Shown here in pieces: positions 9,343 to 18,599 of a stretch of DNA of 64,000 nucleotides; the first letter of the stretch is position 1; each line of letters begins with the position of its first letter. Both the position numbers and the translations under genes were made by a program. The DNA is from a virus. The notes under the pieces were generated by a model. That model did not search any database and was not told where the DNA came from. It saw nothing but the letters and a program-made list of their open reading frames with translations. The stretch lies in the IMG/VR virus record IMGVR_UViG_3300032180_000001, positions 32,001-96,000 of that record; one strand, written 5' to 3'.

Positions 9343-9380
9343 TAAAAAGAAGCGTTACCTAACACGGGGGATACCTTACT

Positions 9381-9908
9381 ATGAGACGCAAGAATATCAT
9401 CATCCTGGCAGCCGGAGCCGGAATCGCGGCTATCATCATCGGTGTCGCCAGCAGTGGCGGTGGCGGTACGAGCACAACTAGCAGCAGCAATGGGGGCAGT
9501 ACGAGCGACTCGCAAAACGCGGCTTCCATCCTCCAGGCAAACGGCTACACGGAATTCCCGGCCGCTGACCCGAACGCAGCTGCTCCGATTATCGGAACCT
9601 CCACGCCCGCCACCTACGCCGCTGACCTGTTCCTGCCCTTCCAGGCGGGGTACGCAGCCAGTGGCGGAACAGAGGCATCAGGTTATACCGGGGATCCGTC
9701 AGCCCCGACAATGGAAGAGTCGGTTGTCACCCTGCCCGGGAACGGCATGACCCTGACCACCGATAACCTCAGCAGCGGGATAACGGGCCTGCAGAATGAG
9801 GCTAGCGCATCGGGGGTTACCCTTACTGTCAACGGTGACGTCGTAACGATCTCCGGCACGGCCGCAGCCGTCGAGGCACTGGCCAGCTCGGGCGGGGACT
9901 TCGGCTGA
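9381..9908 (+). CDS. Membrane-anchored/secreted protein (paralog of 6658-7050)
   Basis: N-terminal hydrophobic helix, Ser/Gly linker, shared motifs. Confidence 0.75.
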   Translation: MRRKNIIILAAGAGIAAIIIGVASSGGGGTSTTSSSNGGSTSDSQNAASILQANGYTEFPAADPNAAAPIIGTSTPATYAADLFLPFQAGYAASGGTEASGYTGDPSAPTMEESVVTLPGNGMTLTTDNLSSGITGLQNEASASGVTLTVNGDVVTISGTAAAVEALASSGGDFG

Positions 9909-9912
9909 CGCC

Positions 9913-10224
9913 ATGCAGCCCGACGACACTCTCGATGAGACAGCGAAGATCCCGGTGTATAAACAGGCTCCGCCACGCAGCGGGAACGGGGGCGCGATGC
10001 TCTCCTTCATCACCGGGATCTCGCTCGTCCTGCTCAGCGGTGCCTGCTTCTGGACTGCAGGGCTGACCCGAGCGTCGTGCCAGGCGGGGAACCCGGCCTC
10101 GTCTCAGCTGCTGGGCGGCTGCGTGAATGCCGCGAACTTCTGGGATCTCAGCATCGCCGGGATGGCGATCGGCGGAGTGCTGCTGCTCACCGGGGCGATC
10201 CTCAGCGCGGGAAGGCGGTACTAG
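9913..10224 (+). CDS. Two-TM membrane protein
   Basis: Two hydrophobic segments flanking a Cys pair. Confidence 0.7.
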   Translation: MQPDDTLDETAKIPVYKQAPPRSGNGGAMLSFITGISLVLLSGACFWTAGLTRASCQAGNPASSQLLGGCVNAANFWDLSIAGMAIGGVLLLTGAILSAGRRY

Positions 10225-10317
10225 GTCTTTCGACCCTAGTCACATCAGCCTCTCCTGTAACATACTGAGGGAGCAGAACTACAACTACGCAAGCTAACTA
10301 CGAAAGAGCAGATAGTC

Positions 10318-10749
10318 ATGCAAGACGAATCAGTAACGTACGGCGTCCGTGACCGCGAGGGTCAGATCCGCTACGAGGGCAGCCGCAAGGACGCGTTCCG
10401 CGCCAGAAAGGAATTCGGCGGCCTGGTCGTGCGAAACAGGAACGGCATTGTGAAGCCGTGCAAACGCCGTAAGATCTTTCTGTGGTTCTTCCTTGCCGTG
10501 CAAGCGATCTTCCTTATCTGGATCATAACCGGAGTAAGCAGTGCTGGCGGCAGTATTAACTCTGATGCCGTCGCTTACTGCAACGCAAATCAGAACGCAT
10601 ACATCAGTTTTGCAAATTGCGTGTCCGATTACGGTGGCGGTGAGAAGGTGGGTACTGCTATAGGAGCAGGACTCGTCATCACCATCTGGGTCGTAGTCGA
10701 TTTCTTGATCGGACTTACCTACGGAATCTACCGCCTCGTTACTCGTTAA
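10318..10749 (+). CDS. Membrane protein
   Basis: Two TM helices with extracellular C..C loop. Confidence 0.75.
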   Translation: MQDESVTYGVRDREGQIRYEGSRKDAFRARKEFGGLVVRNRNGIVKPCKRRKIFLWFFLAVQAIFLIWIITGVSSAGGSINSDAVAYCNANQNAYISFANCVSDYGGGEKVGTAIGAGLVITIWVVVDFLIGLTYGIYRLVTR

Positions 10750-10760
10750 AGGAGCAGGTC

Positions 10761-11228
10761 ATGAAGAAAATTATCGTCATCGGTGGTCTAATTATTACAG
10801 GGATAACCGCATGCGCGAACACGGCACCAGCGCTTGGCAGCACCGCGAGCATGGGACCGGGCACGAAATACCAGATCGCTGGTTCCACCGCAACTGTGGC
10901 AGCATCAACGCCGAGCGTGAATTACGGCCAGCAGTACTTGGCGGACATCGGCCCGGCCAACGTGGCGGTCAAGGCCGTACCGTCTAACGCAGTCCTCACG
11001 TCGCCAAGCGTCCTCGCGCTTGGAACTGCAACGGCGGACACCGCACGGGAGCTGCTGGCGCAGTCGTGGCCATCGAACGCGCAAGCCGACGTTCACGCGC
11101 TGGCGCTCGATGCCGAAAAGGTGAATACCGACATCAAGGCACAGGACGAAACGGCGTTCCTGTCAGACGCTGAGGCGATGACCGCGCAGGCGCAAGTTGT
11201 TCGAGCCGATCTCGGACTGCCCGCATAG
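10761..11228 (+). CDS. Putative lipoprotein
   Basis: MKK signal and ITAC lipobox. Confidence 0.75.
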   Translation: MKKIIVIGGLIITGITACANTAPALGSTASMGPGTKYQIAGSTATVAASTPSVNYGQQYLADIGPANVAVKAVPSNAVLTSPSVLALGTATADTARELLAQSWPSNAQADVHALALDAEKVNTDIKAQDETAFLSDAEAMTAQAQVVRADLGLPA

Positions 11229-11241
11229 AAAAGGAATTACA

Positions 11242-11538
11242 ATGGTAATGGCACCGCCACCACAAGATAACAGCCGGACAACAGAAGGAATTACCGTGAC
11301 TACATCAGATGACAATAAAATTAATACAAGCAGTGATCAGAACGTCGCCTTCACTATCAACCTATCCGCACTACTAACAACCCTCGTCGTCTTCGTAGCT
11401 GACCTCGTTGCAGCAACTCTGATCTGGGCAGCGGTCGGGCAAACTACTCACTACTTTCGATTTGTGGAAGGCACGGTGGGTATTTCGGTGCTGGTCATCG
11501 GCATCGGATACGCAATCACAGCGCTACGGCGCTCATGA
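11242..11538 (+). CDS. Membrane protein
   Basis: Two hydrophobic helices; RBS AAGGA. Confidence 0.6.
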   Translation: MVMAPPPQDNSRTTEGITVTTSDDNKINTSSDQNVAFTINLSALLTTLVVFVADLVAATLIWAAVGQTTHYFRFVEGTVGISVLVIGIGYAITALRRS

Positions 11539-12209
11539 ATCAGCGCACCTTCTCGGTACGGCGTAGCACCGCGCTAGCGGCATTGGGCGTTACTACGCTC
11601 GCGCTAGCGGGTGTGGCTGTGGGACTTATCGTCTCCGGTACATATCCGCAAACCAAAGTCTCTACGACTACTACGAAAACAGCGGGGGAAACAACTGTCA
11701 ACGGCTGCGTCGCTTGGGCCGCACAGGAAGAAACTTATAACGGCTCAGGGGGTATGTCCAGCGACCCTACCGCACAAAAAATCATCGCGCAGTCTGCCGG
11801 TACAAACTTCAGTCATGATCTGGCAATATGGCTCGCGGATAGTGGGAACCAGGCACTAGCAGAAGCTGATAAAGTTAATGCAGATTGCACAGCAGCCGGA
11901 GTACCTGTTGCGATCAGTGAATCATCAACTACTCCGTCATCTCCTCCTGAATTCTCCGCATCACCTACTTGGTCGGCAAGAGCTGCAACCATCAATGGAT
12001 GTCGTGCTCTATCTATATGGGCGAGCGAGAACAATACATCGAGTCTCAATAATTTTCCGCCTAGCTCGCAAATTAAAAGCATTCTCGTACAATCAGCAGG
12101 CACTTCCTTCAGCTACGATTTGGAAGGGTGGACCGTCGGTAATCCAGACGCCAGTACTATAAACAATGACTGTATAATAGTCGGCGTACCCATGAGCCTT
12201 TCTAGCTAA
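11535..12209 (+). CDS. Membrane-anchored protein with duplicated Cys-capped helical module
   Basis: TM ...LAGVAVGLIVSGTYP; module NGC..W...QSAGT.F...L..W..DC occurs twice. Confidence 0.7.
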   Translation: MNQRTFSVRRSTALAALGVTTLALAGVAVGLIVSGTYPQTKVSTTTTKTAGETTVNGCVAWAAQEETYNGSGGMSSDPTAQKIIAQSAGTNFSHDLAIWLADSGNQALAEADKVNADCTAAGVPVAISESSTTPSSPPEFSASPTWSARAATINGCRALSIWASENNTSSLNNFPPSSQIKSILVQSAGTSFSYDLEGWTVGNPDASTINNDCIIVGVPMSLSS

Positions 12210-12233
12210 AGATACTATATAAGGACAAGAATT

Positions 12234-12692
12234 ATGAGCCAGCTTACCATCCATGTTAGACGCGGGACCATCCTAGTGTTGTTGCTGATTACCACGTGCG
12301 CACTAGCGGGTGCATCTGTGGGACTCGTCGTTTCGGGAACCTACCCACGGACTGTCACAAAGATCGTTACAAAGACTGTTATCCAGTCAGTACCGGTTCC
12401 GGGACCAACAGTAACGGTTCCGGCGACTGCTTCCGACGTTCAAGTGTGCAACGATGTAAACACCTGGGAATCGAACAATGATGGTCTTGCCGCAACTAAC
12501 TTTGGCACCGATTCTTCGAGTCAAACGATCGTCTCCGAAGCAGCCGCAGCCGGATCCAGCGCAGTAGATAACGACGTTCAGAACCTGTCTAGGGATAGCG
12601 GAAGCAGTGCATCTGCTGATATCAGCTCCCTTAAAGCTGACTGTGCCGCAGCCGGGGTAACACTTACAGGTAGCGACTTCTTGTATGCCTGA
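12234..12692 (+). CDS. Paralog of 11535-12209 (single module)
   Basis: LAGASVGLVVSGTYP and ADCAAAGV shared. Confidence 0.7.
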   Translation: MSQLTIHVRRGTILVLLLITTCALAGASVGLVVSGTYPRTVTKIVTKTVIQSVPVPGPTVTVPATASDVQVCNDVNTWESNNDGLAATNFGTDSSSQTIVSEAAAAGSSAVDNDVQNLSRDSGSSASADISSLKADCAAAGVTLTGSDFLYA

Positions 12693-12713
12693 TCATAGTC
12701 GAATGAGGGCGTT

Positions 12714-12971
12714 ATGAATAAAAACGAGCAACGCGCCTGGTATGCTTGGCTAAATACCCTCAACCAAAAAGAACTGGAATTTTTCGAGCCACTTTGTCGG
12801 CAGTATGGCACCGAGGCAGCCACTAGGATTATGCAGGAGAAACAAAAGCATACCGAAGTTATACAGAAAATCACAGATCTGGAGTGTCCCTATTGCCGCA
12901 AGAGAACGGGATACGATAATGATAGAAACTGTGATTACTGTAGTGCACCGAGACCCGGAATAGAAAACTGA
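12714..12971 (+). CDS. Small protein with C-terminal CxxC-CxxC Zn ribbon
   Basis: CPYC...CDYC. Confidence 0.55.
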   Translation: MNKNEQRAWYAWLNTLNQKELEFFEPLCRQYGTEAATRIMQEKQKHTEVIQKITDLECPYCRKRTGYDNDRNCDYCSAPRPGIEN

Positions 12972-13273
12972 TGAACAAGAAAGCCATCGCTTATATCACA
13001 GTAGGAGCCGTCGCGACGGGACTGATCGCGTGCAGCTCGACGACAGCACTCAGTAATGCATTTGATAACGGAGGCGGTCCGCTCACACCGGTTACTACGC
13101 CCCTTTCGGACCGAGGTGCTGCTTGCCCGGATGCTTCTTTCGGTACGTCAACTCCTAACGCATCTGTTCAACCGCTTCTTAACCTTCAAAAGAGCCTGAA
13201 CCTTACTTATCGACAGATAGCTGCTGTTAATAAGCTGCTGCTTCCCGACGATTCCTGCAGAAACGATAACTAA
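12971..13273 (+). CDS. Putative lipoprotein
   Basis: MNKK signal, LIAC lipobox. Confidence 0.65.
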   Translation: MNKKAIAYITVGAVATGLIACSSTTALSNAFDNGGGPLTPVTTPLSDRGAACPDASFGTSTPNASVQPLLNLQKSLNLTYRQIAAVNKLLLPDDSCRNDN

Positions 13274-13284
13274 AGGAGATCCCC

Positions 13285-13458
13285 ATGAACAACAGTAACG
13301 ACGTTCTCGAACGGACAGCAGTCATTATAGACCGGGCTGCATCGCGGTACCGGATATCACGAGCTACAGAAGTAGCTGTAGGAGTGCTCTTCCTAGCCAA
13401 CCTCACCCTGTATCTGCTTGCGGTGAACGGGCTGCTGGTACCCGGATTCTACCTCTAA
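13285..13458 (+). CDS. Small membrane protein
   Basis: AAGGAG RBS; 57 aa manual translation with one TM helix. Confidence 0.5.
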   Translation: MNNSNDVLERTAVIIDRAASRYRISRATEVAVGVLFLANLTLYLLAVNGLLVPGFYL

Positions 13459-13472
13459 TCAAAGGGAGTATC

Positions 13473-13997
13473 ATGAACGGAAGCGAGAAGCGCACCACCC
13501 GGGCTGACCGGGAGGCTGCTGCGGAAATCCTGAACAGGCATTACGCGGCTGGTACCCTCGACGATGACGAGTACAACGAGCGTCTCGACGCGGCGATGGA
13601 GGCAAAGTGGCCGCATGAGCTGGCCCCGCTGCTTACCGACCTGCCCCGACTGCAAGAGAATGAGGTGACCCGGCCGGATCCGCGTAAGGTGCCAGATTCT
13701 GCTCAGGCGGACAATCGGCACGCGCTGCAGAACGTGCTGGCCCTCGCAACATCCATCGTTGTGGTCACCGTTGCCGCCATCGTCTTCAGTGGGCATCGGA
13801 ACGGTGGCGGACCTGCCTACGGCATCATGGTGGCGGGCTGTTCCGTGATCGGCGCGCTGACCGGCTGGCGGAAGAAGGACGGTGGCGTCATGGCGCTGAT
13901 CGGTTTTCTGAGTGGCGTCGCGCCGATCGCGGGAACGCTGCTGATGATTTTTCTGACCTGGCGGCGGGACGGACGGCTGCCGCTGCGTCGAACCTGA
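13473..13997 (+). CDS. DUF1707 (SHOCT-like) domain membrane protein
   Basis: DREAAAEILNRHYAAGTLDDDEYNERLDAAMEA...L..LLTDLP plus three TM helices. Confidence 0.85.
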   Translation: MNGSEKRTTRADREAAAEILNRHYAAGTLDDDEYNERLDAAMEAKWPHELAPLLTDLPRLQENEVTRPDPRKVPDSAQADNRHALQNVLALATSIVVVTVAAIVFSGHRNGGGPAYGIMVAGCSVIGALTGWRKKDGGVMALIGFLSGVAPIAGTLLMIFLTWRRDGRLPLRRT

Positions 13998-14047
13998 ATA
14001 TGGTACAGTAGTTGCTTAAGCGACAGAACGTAACGGGGGAACACGAT

Positions 14048-14797
14048 ATGAACAGTAAAGCTATCACATGGACGGCGGCAGGTGCTCTCGGGCTGATGAT
14101 GGCCGCGTGCAGCTCGACGACCACGGTTATCCAGAAGGTCACGTCCGCTCCTTCTGCCACACATGCGGTAATCCCGATTAGGCATGCAGCAGCATCAGCA
14201 AAGCCAAAACCTAAGCCCTCGGTTCCCTCGCCTGTCAGGACCGTGATTGTCCCGACTCCAGTATACGTGCCTTCGCCTGTTTACCATGCAGCTGCGCCTG
14301 ACAACCAGGATTACACGCCTAACGGTCCGTGCTGGGCGAGCCAGCCAAATTGCAGTGGCGATCCGCTTGCCGGAACAGCGACAGGCGGTCCCTGCACGAC
14401 GATAACGGGATATTTCACAGGCGGCCAGCCTGGCCATTACGGTTACGGTGATTTCTGCGTAGCCGATTCAATGTCTGTTCCCACGCCCGCACCAAGCTAC
14501 TCAGCCGATCCGTACTCGGTTGTCTACGAGTTCCTGAACGACGTCAACACCCCTGGGGGCAACCCGGCCGCGTGGGCGCTTCTCGGATCATCTGAGCAGG
14601 CGGCCTGGGGTAGCAGCTACAGCAGCTTCTCCAACTGGGCAGACCCGATCTCGTTCCACAACATCTATGAAGTCAGCGAGTCCGGCGACACGGTTACCGT
14701 TTCTTACGACGAGCGGGACGGGCACGGGCAGCCTCTGGTGCCGTACACCGTGACCTATACCGTAGACGGCGGACTCATCACGTCCAGCAATAGGTAG
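14048..14797 (+). CDS. Putative lipoprotein with Pro-rich linker
   Basis: MAAC lipobox; Cys-rich middle; NTF2-like-looking C terminus. Confidence 0.7.
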   Translation: MNSKAITWTAAGALGLMMAACSSTTTVIQKVTSAPSATHAVIPIRHAAASAKPKPKPSVPSPVRTVIVPTPVYVPSPVYHAAAPDNQDYTPNGPCWASQPNCSGDPLAGTATGGPCTTITGYFTGGQPGHYGYGDFCVADSMSVPTPAPSYSADPYSVVYEFLNDVNTPGGNPAAWALLGSSEQAAWGSSYSSFSNWADPISFHNIYEVSESGDTVTVSYDERDGHGQPLVPYTVTYTVDGGLITSSNR

Positions 14798-15237
14798 CAG
14801 AAGTGCGGGAAGGGGGTAGAGATGAATGATCTCGAACGAACGGTACAGCTGTCAGCGTCCGAGCGACTGCGATCGTGGTGGCTCCGGCTTCGGCTGACGA
14901 TCTCCGAGATGAACTACGCAACGCGACGGATGACGGAGAAGCAGGCACCGTGGATCCCGCAGGATTCGCAGCGGCCCAGGAAGAACGCAACGGGAGAAGA
15001 GAAATGAAGATCACCGTGACCGCAGACGGCCTGAGGGAGCCCGAGCGGACCGGCATGCGCGCCGTGCGCGGCGTAACGGAAGACGGCGCCGTCGTGCTGC
15101 TGACAGGTGGCTGGGGGCTTCTCGAATATATTAGCGAAGAGGTTATGGCGGAGGGCATTGCCGTCATCGAGGACAGCGCCTGCCAGATCCTGTCCGGTAT
15201 ACCCAGGTAAGCAGTTAATAACGGGAGAACGCATTTC

Positions 15238-17157
15238 ATGAACAGGAAAACAATCCGTGCCATTGCCGCGACAGGGCTGGCCACCGCGATCGCTCTTGGA
15301 TACGGAGCCGTCCAGGGGAAAGCCGACGAAACTATGGTATCGCGCAACCTGGTCAGAAACGGATGGGATCCGTCCGAGCCCAGTCTGACTCCAGCTGTCG
15401 TCAGTGGCAGTACGTTCGGCCAAATTTTCACCACCACCGTGAACGGGCAAATAGACGCCCAGCCGCTGAAGATCGGCAATGCGTTGATCGTGGTAACCGA
15501 AACCAACCGCATGTACAGCCTGAACGCCTCGACGGGAGCCGTTAACTGGGGGATATCCCTCGGTCCGGCTTGGCCGTCCGCTGCCAATGGCTGCGCCGAC
15601 ATCAATCCTTCCATCGGGGTCACCTCGACGCCCGTCTACGATTCGGCCAGCCACGAGATCTATGTCACGGCCGTGCTGAACAACGGGACGACGGTGAAAA
15701 CCCCGCATGTGGTGCTGAAGGCGATTGCCCTCACGACCGGTCACACCGACTGGCAGGCGCAAATTCAGGGCACTCCGGTGAACGACCCGTCACATCGTCC
15801 GTTCAATTCATTCACCCAGCGGCAGCGAGCCGGCTTGCTGCTGATGAACGGGCACGTGTTCATCGGGTTCGCCTCCTACTGCGACTTCAAGCCGTACACC
15901 GGCCTGATCGCAAGCGTCAGCACGGCAACGACAGTTCCGCACGCGGTATCGCTATGGACAGACGAGGCACGCGGCGTCCAGGCAGGGATCTGGATGGGTG
16001 ACAGCGGCCTGATGTCTGACGCCCCCGGCCGCATCTTCGTCGCCTCGGGTAACGGATCGTCTCCCCCGGCGGCACCTGGCACCAGCCCGCCCGCAACCCT
16101 GTCTGAGTCGGTGATCCGGGTTAACGTGCAGACGAACGGCTCGCTGATCGCGAAAGACTTCTTCGCCCCGGCGAACGCGCCGTATCTCGACGCGCACGAC
16201 GTCGACCTGGGATCCGGCGGGCCGATCGGGCTGCCGTTCGGCACCGCGCTGCATCCGCACCTGCTGCTCCAGGCAGGGAAAGACGGGCGGCTCTTCATCC
16301 TGGATCGGGCAAGCCTCGGCGGGCGCAATGCCACCACCGATCACCCGGTCAGCATCAGCGGCCCGTACGGCGGCCAGGCGGGTCATCCATCGGCTTTCGC
16401 CGGAACCGGCGGCAGCGATTACGTCTACTACCAGGGCAGCCGGATGCCGCTCCGAGTACTGAAATTCAGCACCGTCAACGCAAGCCTGACCAGCGTCGGG
16501 GTTTCGGCGGACGTATTCCCGGGCAGCTCCGGCTCGCCGGCCGTCACCTCGAACGGCACCGATCCGTCCACCGCGGTCGTCTGGGTGGTGAAGCGGGCGG
16601 GCACCACTTCCGTGCTGGAAGCCTTCGCTGGCGTTCCGCAGAACGGGGTACTGCGCCTGCTGCGCTCCTTCCCGATCGGCACCGCAGCCAAGTTCACGAA
16701 CGTCGCCACTGACGGCGGGCGGGTCTACCTGGGTACGAATGACGGCAAGGTCTACGGGTTCGGTGTTACCACAGCTGCCCCGGCCTCGGTCACCGCGCCG
16801 CCGGTCGCGCAGCCTCCCGTTCCGGCCGCCAACGTGGCGCCACCGCTGAGCGTGTACGTCTCGACGAACTATTCCTACGGTGAGATCCTGGTCACGCCAT
16901 CGGTACTGACGGTTTACCGGCCAGCCGGGGGTAAAGCAGGTAACGGATATGAACCGCTTCTTGCCATCCCCAGCCAGCCGGTCACCTTGCCGCCGTCGCT
17001 CAGCAGGCATCACCATATCACCACCGTGCTCCTGCCGGATGGCAGCCATCAGCTCGCCTACGACGGGCAGCCGCTGTACACGTTCTCGGGCGACAAGCAT
17101 CCGGGTGACGCGTTCGGAGCCGGGCAGCACTGGAGGGTGGTCCCCTCGGACGCTTAA
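15238..17157 (+). CDS. Secreted PQQ-like beta-propeller protein with C-terminal Lipoprotein_15-type repeat
   Basis: Signal peptide; RNGWDPSE..LTP, GQIDAQPL, DLGSGGP, QAGKDGRLF; C-terminal YDGQPLYTFSGDKHPGD. Confidence 0.75.
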   Translation: MNRKTIRAIAATGLATAIALGYGAVQGKADETMVSRNLVRNGWDPSEPSLTPAVVSGSTFGQIFTTTVNGQIDAQPLKIGNALIVVTETNRMYSLNASTGAVNWGISLGPAWPSAANGCADINPSIGVTSTPVYDSASHEIYVTAVLNNGTTVKTPHVVLKAIALTTGHTDWQAQIQGTPVNDPSHRPFNSFTQRQRAGLLLMNGHVFIGFASYCDFKPYTGLIASVSTATTVPHAVSLWTDEARGVQAGIWMGDSGLMSDAPGRIFVASGNGSSPPAAPGTSPPATLSESVIRVNVQTNGSLIAKDFFAPANAPYLDAHDVDLGSGGPIGLPFGTALHPHLLLQAGKDGRLFILDRASLGGRNATTDHPVSISGPYGGQAGHPSAFAGTGGSDYVYYQGSRMPLRVLKFSTVNASLTSVGVSADVFPGSSGSPAVTSNGTDPSTAVVWVVKRAGTTSVLEAFAGVPQNGVLRLLRSFPIGTAAKFTNVATDGGRVYLGTNDGKVYGFGVTTAAPASVTAPPVAQPPVPAANVAPPLSVYVSTNYSYGEILVTPSVLTVYRPAGGKAGNGYEPLLAIPSQPVTLPPSLSRHHHITTVLLPDGSHQLAYDGQPLYTFSGDKHPGDAFGAGQHWRVVPSDA

Positions 17158-17292
17158 GTGAACAGCCGATTACAAACGCGACACGGGTGCTGTCATCAGT
17201 TTGCGTATGTGGTAAGGTACCGTAGCGACAGACGGGGCAGGAAAAGCCCTGAGCTACAGAAAGCACAATCAAGCACACTCAGGAGAATCGTA

Positions 17293-17703
17293 GTGAAGAA
17301 GCTTATCGCAGGATCCGCCGTTGCGGCATCCGCCATCGCCTGTCTTGGCCTCGCTCTCCCGGCTTCGGCCAGTGGGAGTCCTGTTGCTGGGAACTACGTC
17401 GTCGCCGACAACGGCCAGGGGTGCTGGGCCGGTGGGGCTCTGCTCGCTGACGGTTCTGGTACTGGCGCGGGCGGATGCAGCTTCAGCGGTCCGGCCGGGC
17501 AGGAAGTCCTCCGGTTCACCACTCGGTCCTGGACAGGCGACGCCACTGCGGGGGTCACGCTCTGCGTCAACGCGATCGCCACCAAGGACCCGGCAGGCAT
17601 CTTCCCGACGGGGCAGTTCGCGTTCGGCTGCCTGGGGCCGGTGCCGGTGAACATCGGTCCGGTCAAGATCAACGGCACGCTCATCAAGATCAGCCTGCGC
17701 TAG
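17293..17703 (+). CDS. Small secreted protein
   Basis: AGGAG RBS, GTG start, signal peptide ending ASA. Confidence 0.7.
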   Translation: MKKLIAGSAVAASAIACLGLALPASASGSPVAGNYVVADNGQGCWAGGALLADGSGTGAGGCSFSGPAGQEVLRFTTRSWTGDATAGVTLCVNAIATKDPAGIFPTGQFAFGCLGPVPVNIGPVKINGTLIKISLR

Positions 17704-18012
17704 CGAAACCGGCCTGGCCCCTGTCACCTGATGTGGCAGGGGTCAAGTCGGGCGGAGGACTTATGTTCACCTATTCATACGCTCGCGAACTGCATCGGCA
17801 GCGCGAGGAAGAAACCCAGCGCAGGACGAAGTACGCCTGGCTCGGCAGAGAGGCGCAGATCGCCCGTCGCGATGCCCGCAGGGCACGTTGGCACAGACTC
17901 GTCGCGATGCTAGTCCGGTAGCGCAAAGATTCGTCGTATGATACGGTAGTTACTAATGAGGCAAAAGTTGTCTCTAATCAAATGCTCAGTACCAGCCATC
18001 GGGGGAATCCTC

Positions 18013-18357
18013 ATGCAAGCGACTCAGTTCGATCAGCCCACCCTCTCCGTCCCGACGCGGCAGTCCGCTATCTCGCTGCTCGCTCTCATCTCAGGAGCAC
18101 TATCTGCCGCATCGCTGCTGCCTACCGCGCTCGTACTCGTCTTCTGGGCGAAGGGCCTCCACCTCACTTCGCCAGCAGCCACTCCGTATTCCGCCGTGTT
18201 CGTGCTTGGCACAGCGTTCGCCGCAGCCGGTTCCGTGCTCGCCCTCGGTGCCTTCCGGCCGACTCGAACCGGAATCGCCGCCCTAGTTATCTCGACGCTC
18301 GTTCTCGCAGCAAGCGTTTCCGGCTGGTTCTACTACGCAGCGAACCTGCACAAGTAG
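18013..18357 (+). CDS. Three-TM membrane protein
   Basis: Three hydrophobic segments. Confidence 0.6.
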   Translation: MQATQFDQPTLSVPTRQSAISLLALISGALSAASLLPTALVLVFWAKGLHLTSPAATPYSAVFVLGTAFAAAGSVLALGAFRPTRTGIAALVISTLVLAASVSGWFYYAANLHK

Positions 18358-18370
18358 GCAAGGAAGAAAC

Positions 18371-18532
18371 GTGCTCTCATACGGAAAAACCACCGGGGCG
18401 ACGGGTCTTATGATCGGCAGCCTTGCCATCAATCAAGTGTACCTCTTGGTCATCGCCCTAGTTTTTGTCATCAGCACAGCAATAGTGCTGCGACTAGGGT
18501 GGCGCCGCGGAAAAGCGGCAAGCGACCGCTGA
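18371..18532 (+). CDS. Small membrane peptide preceding GT2
   Basis: Manual translation (V)LSYGKTTGATGLMIG...VLRLGWRRGK; single TM plus basic tail. Confidence 0.5.
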   Translation: MLSYGKTTGATGLMIGSLAINQVYLLVIALVFVISTAIVLRLGWRRGKAASDR

Positions 18533-18599
18533 TAGAAGGAGACGATGGCTCCGAGCAGAGTGGCCTGCTCGGAGCCAGGCGGCAGGGAGGGGAAATAAA

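Noticed and set aside
14914-17130. Long minus-strand ORFs (14914, 15952; likewise 7886, 2210, 20155, 25227)
   Set aside because: High-GC antisense shadows of clear plus-strand genes
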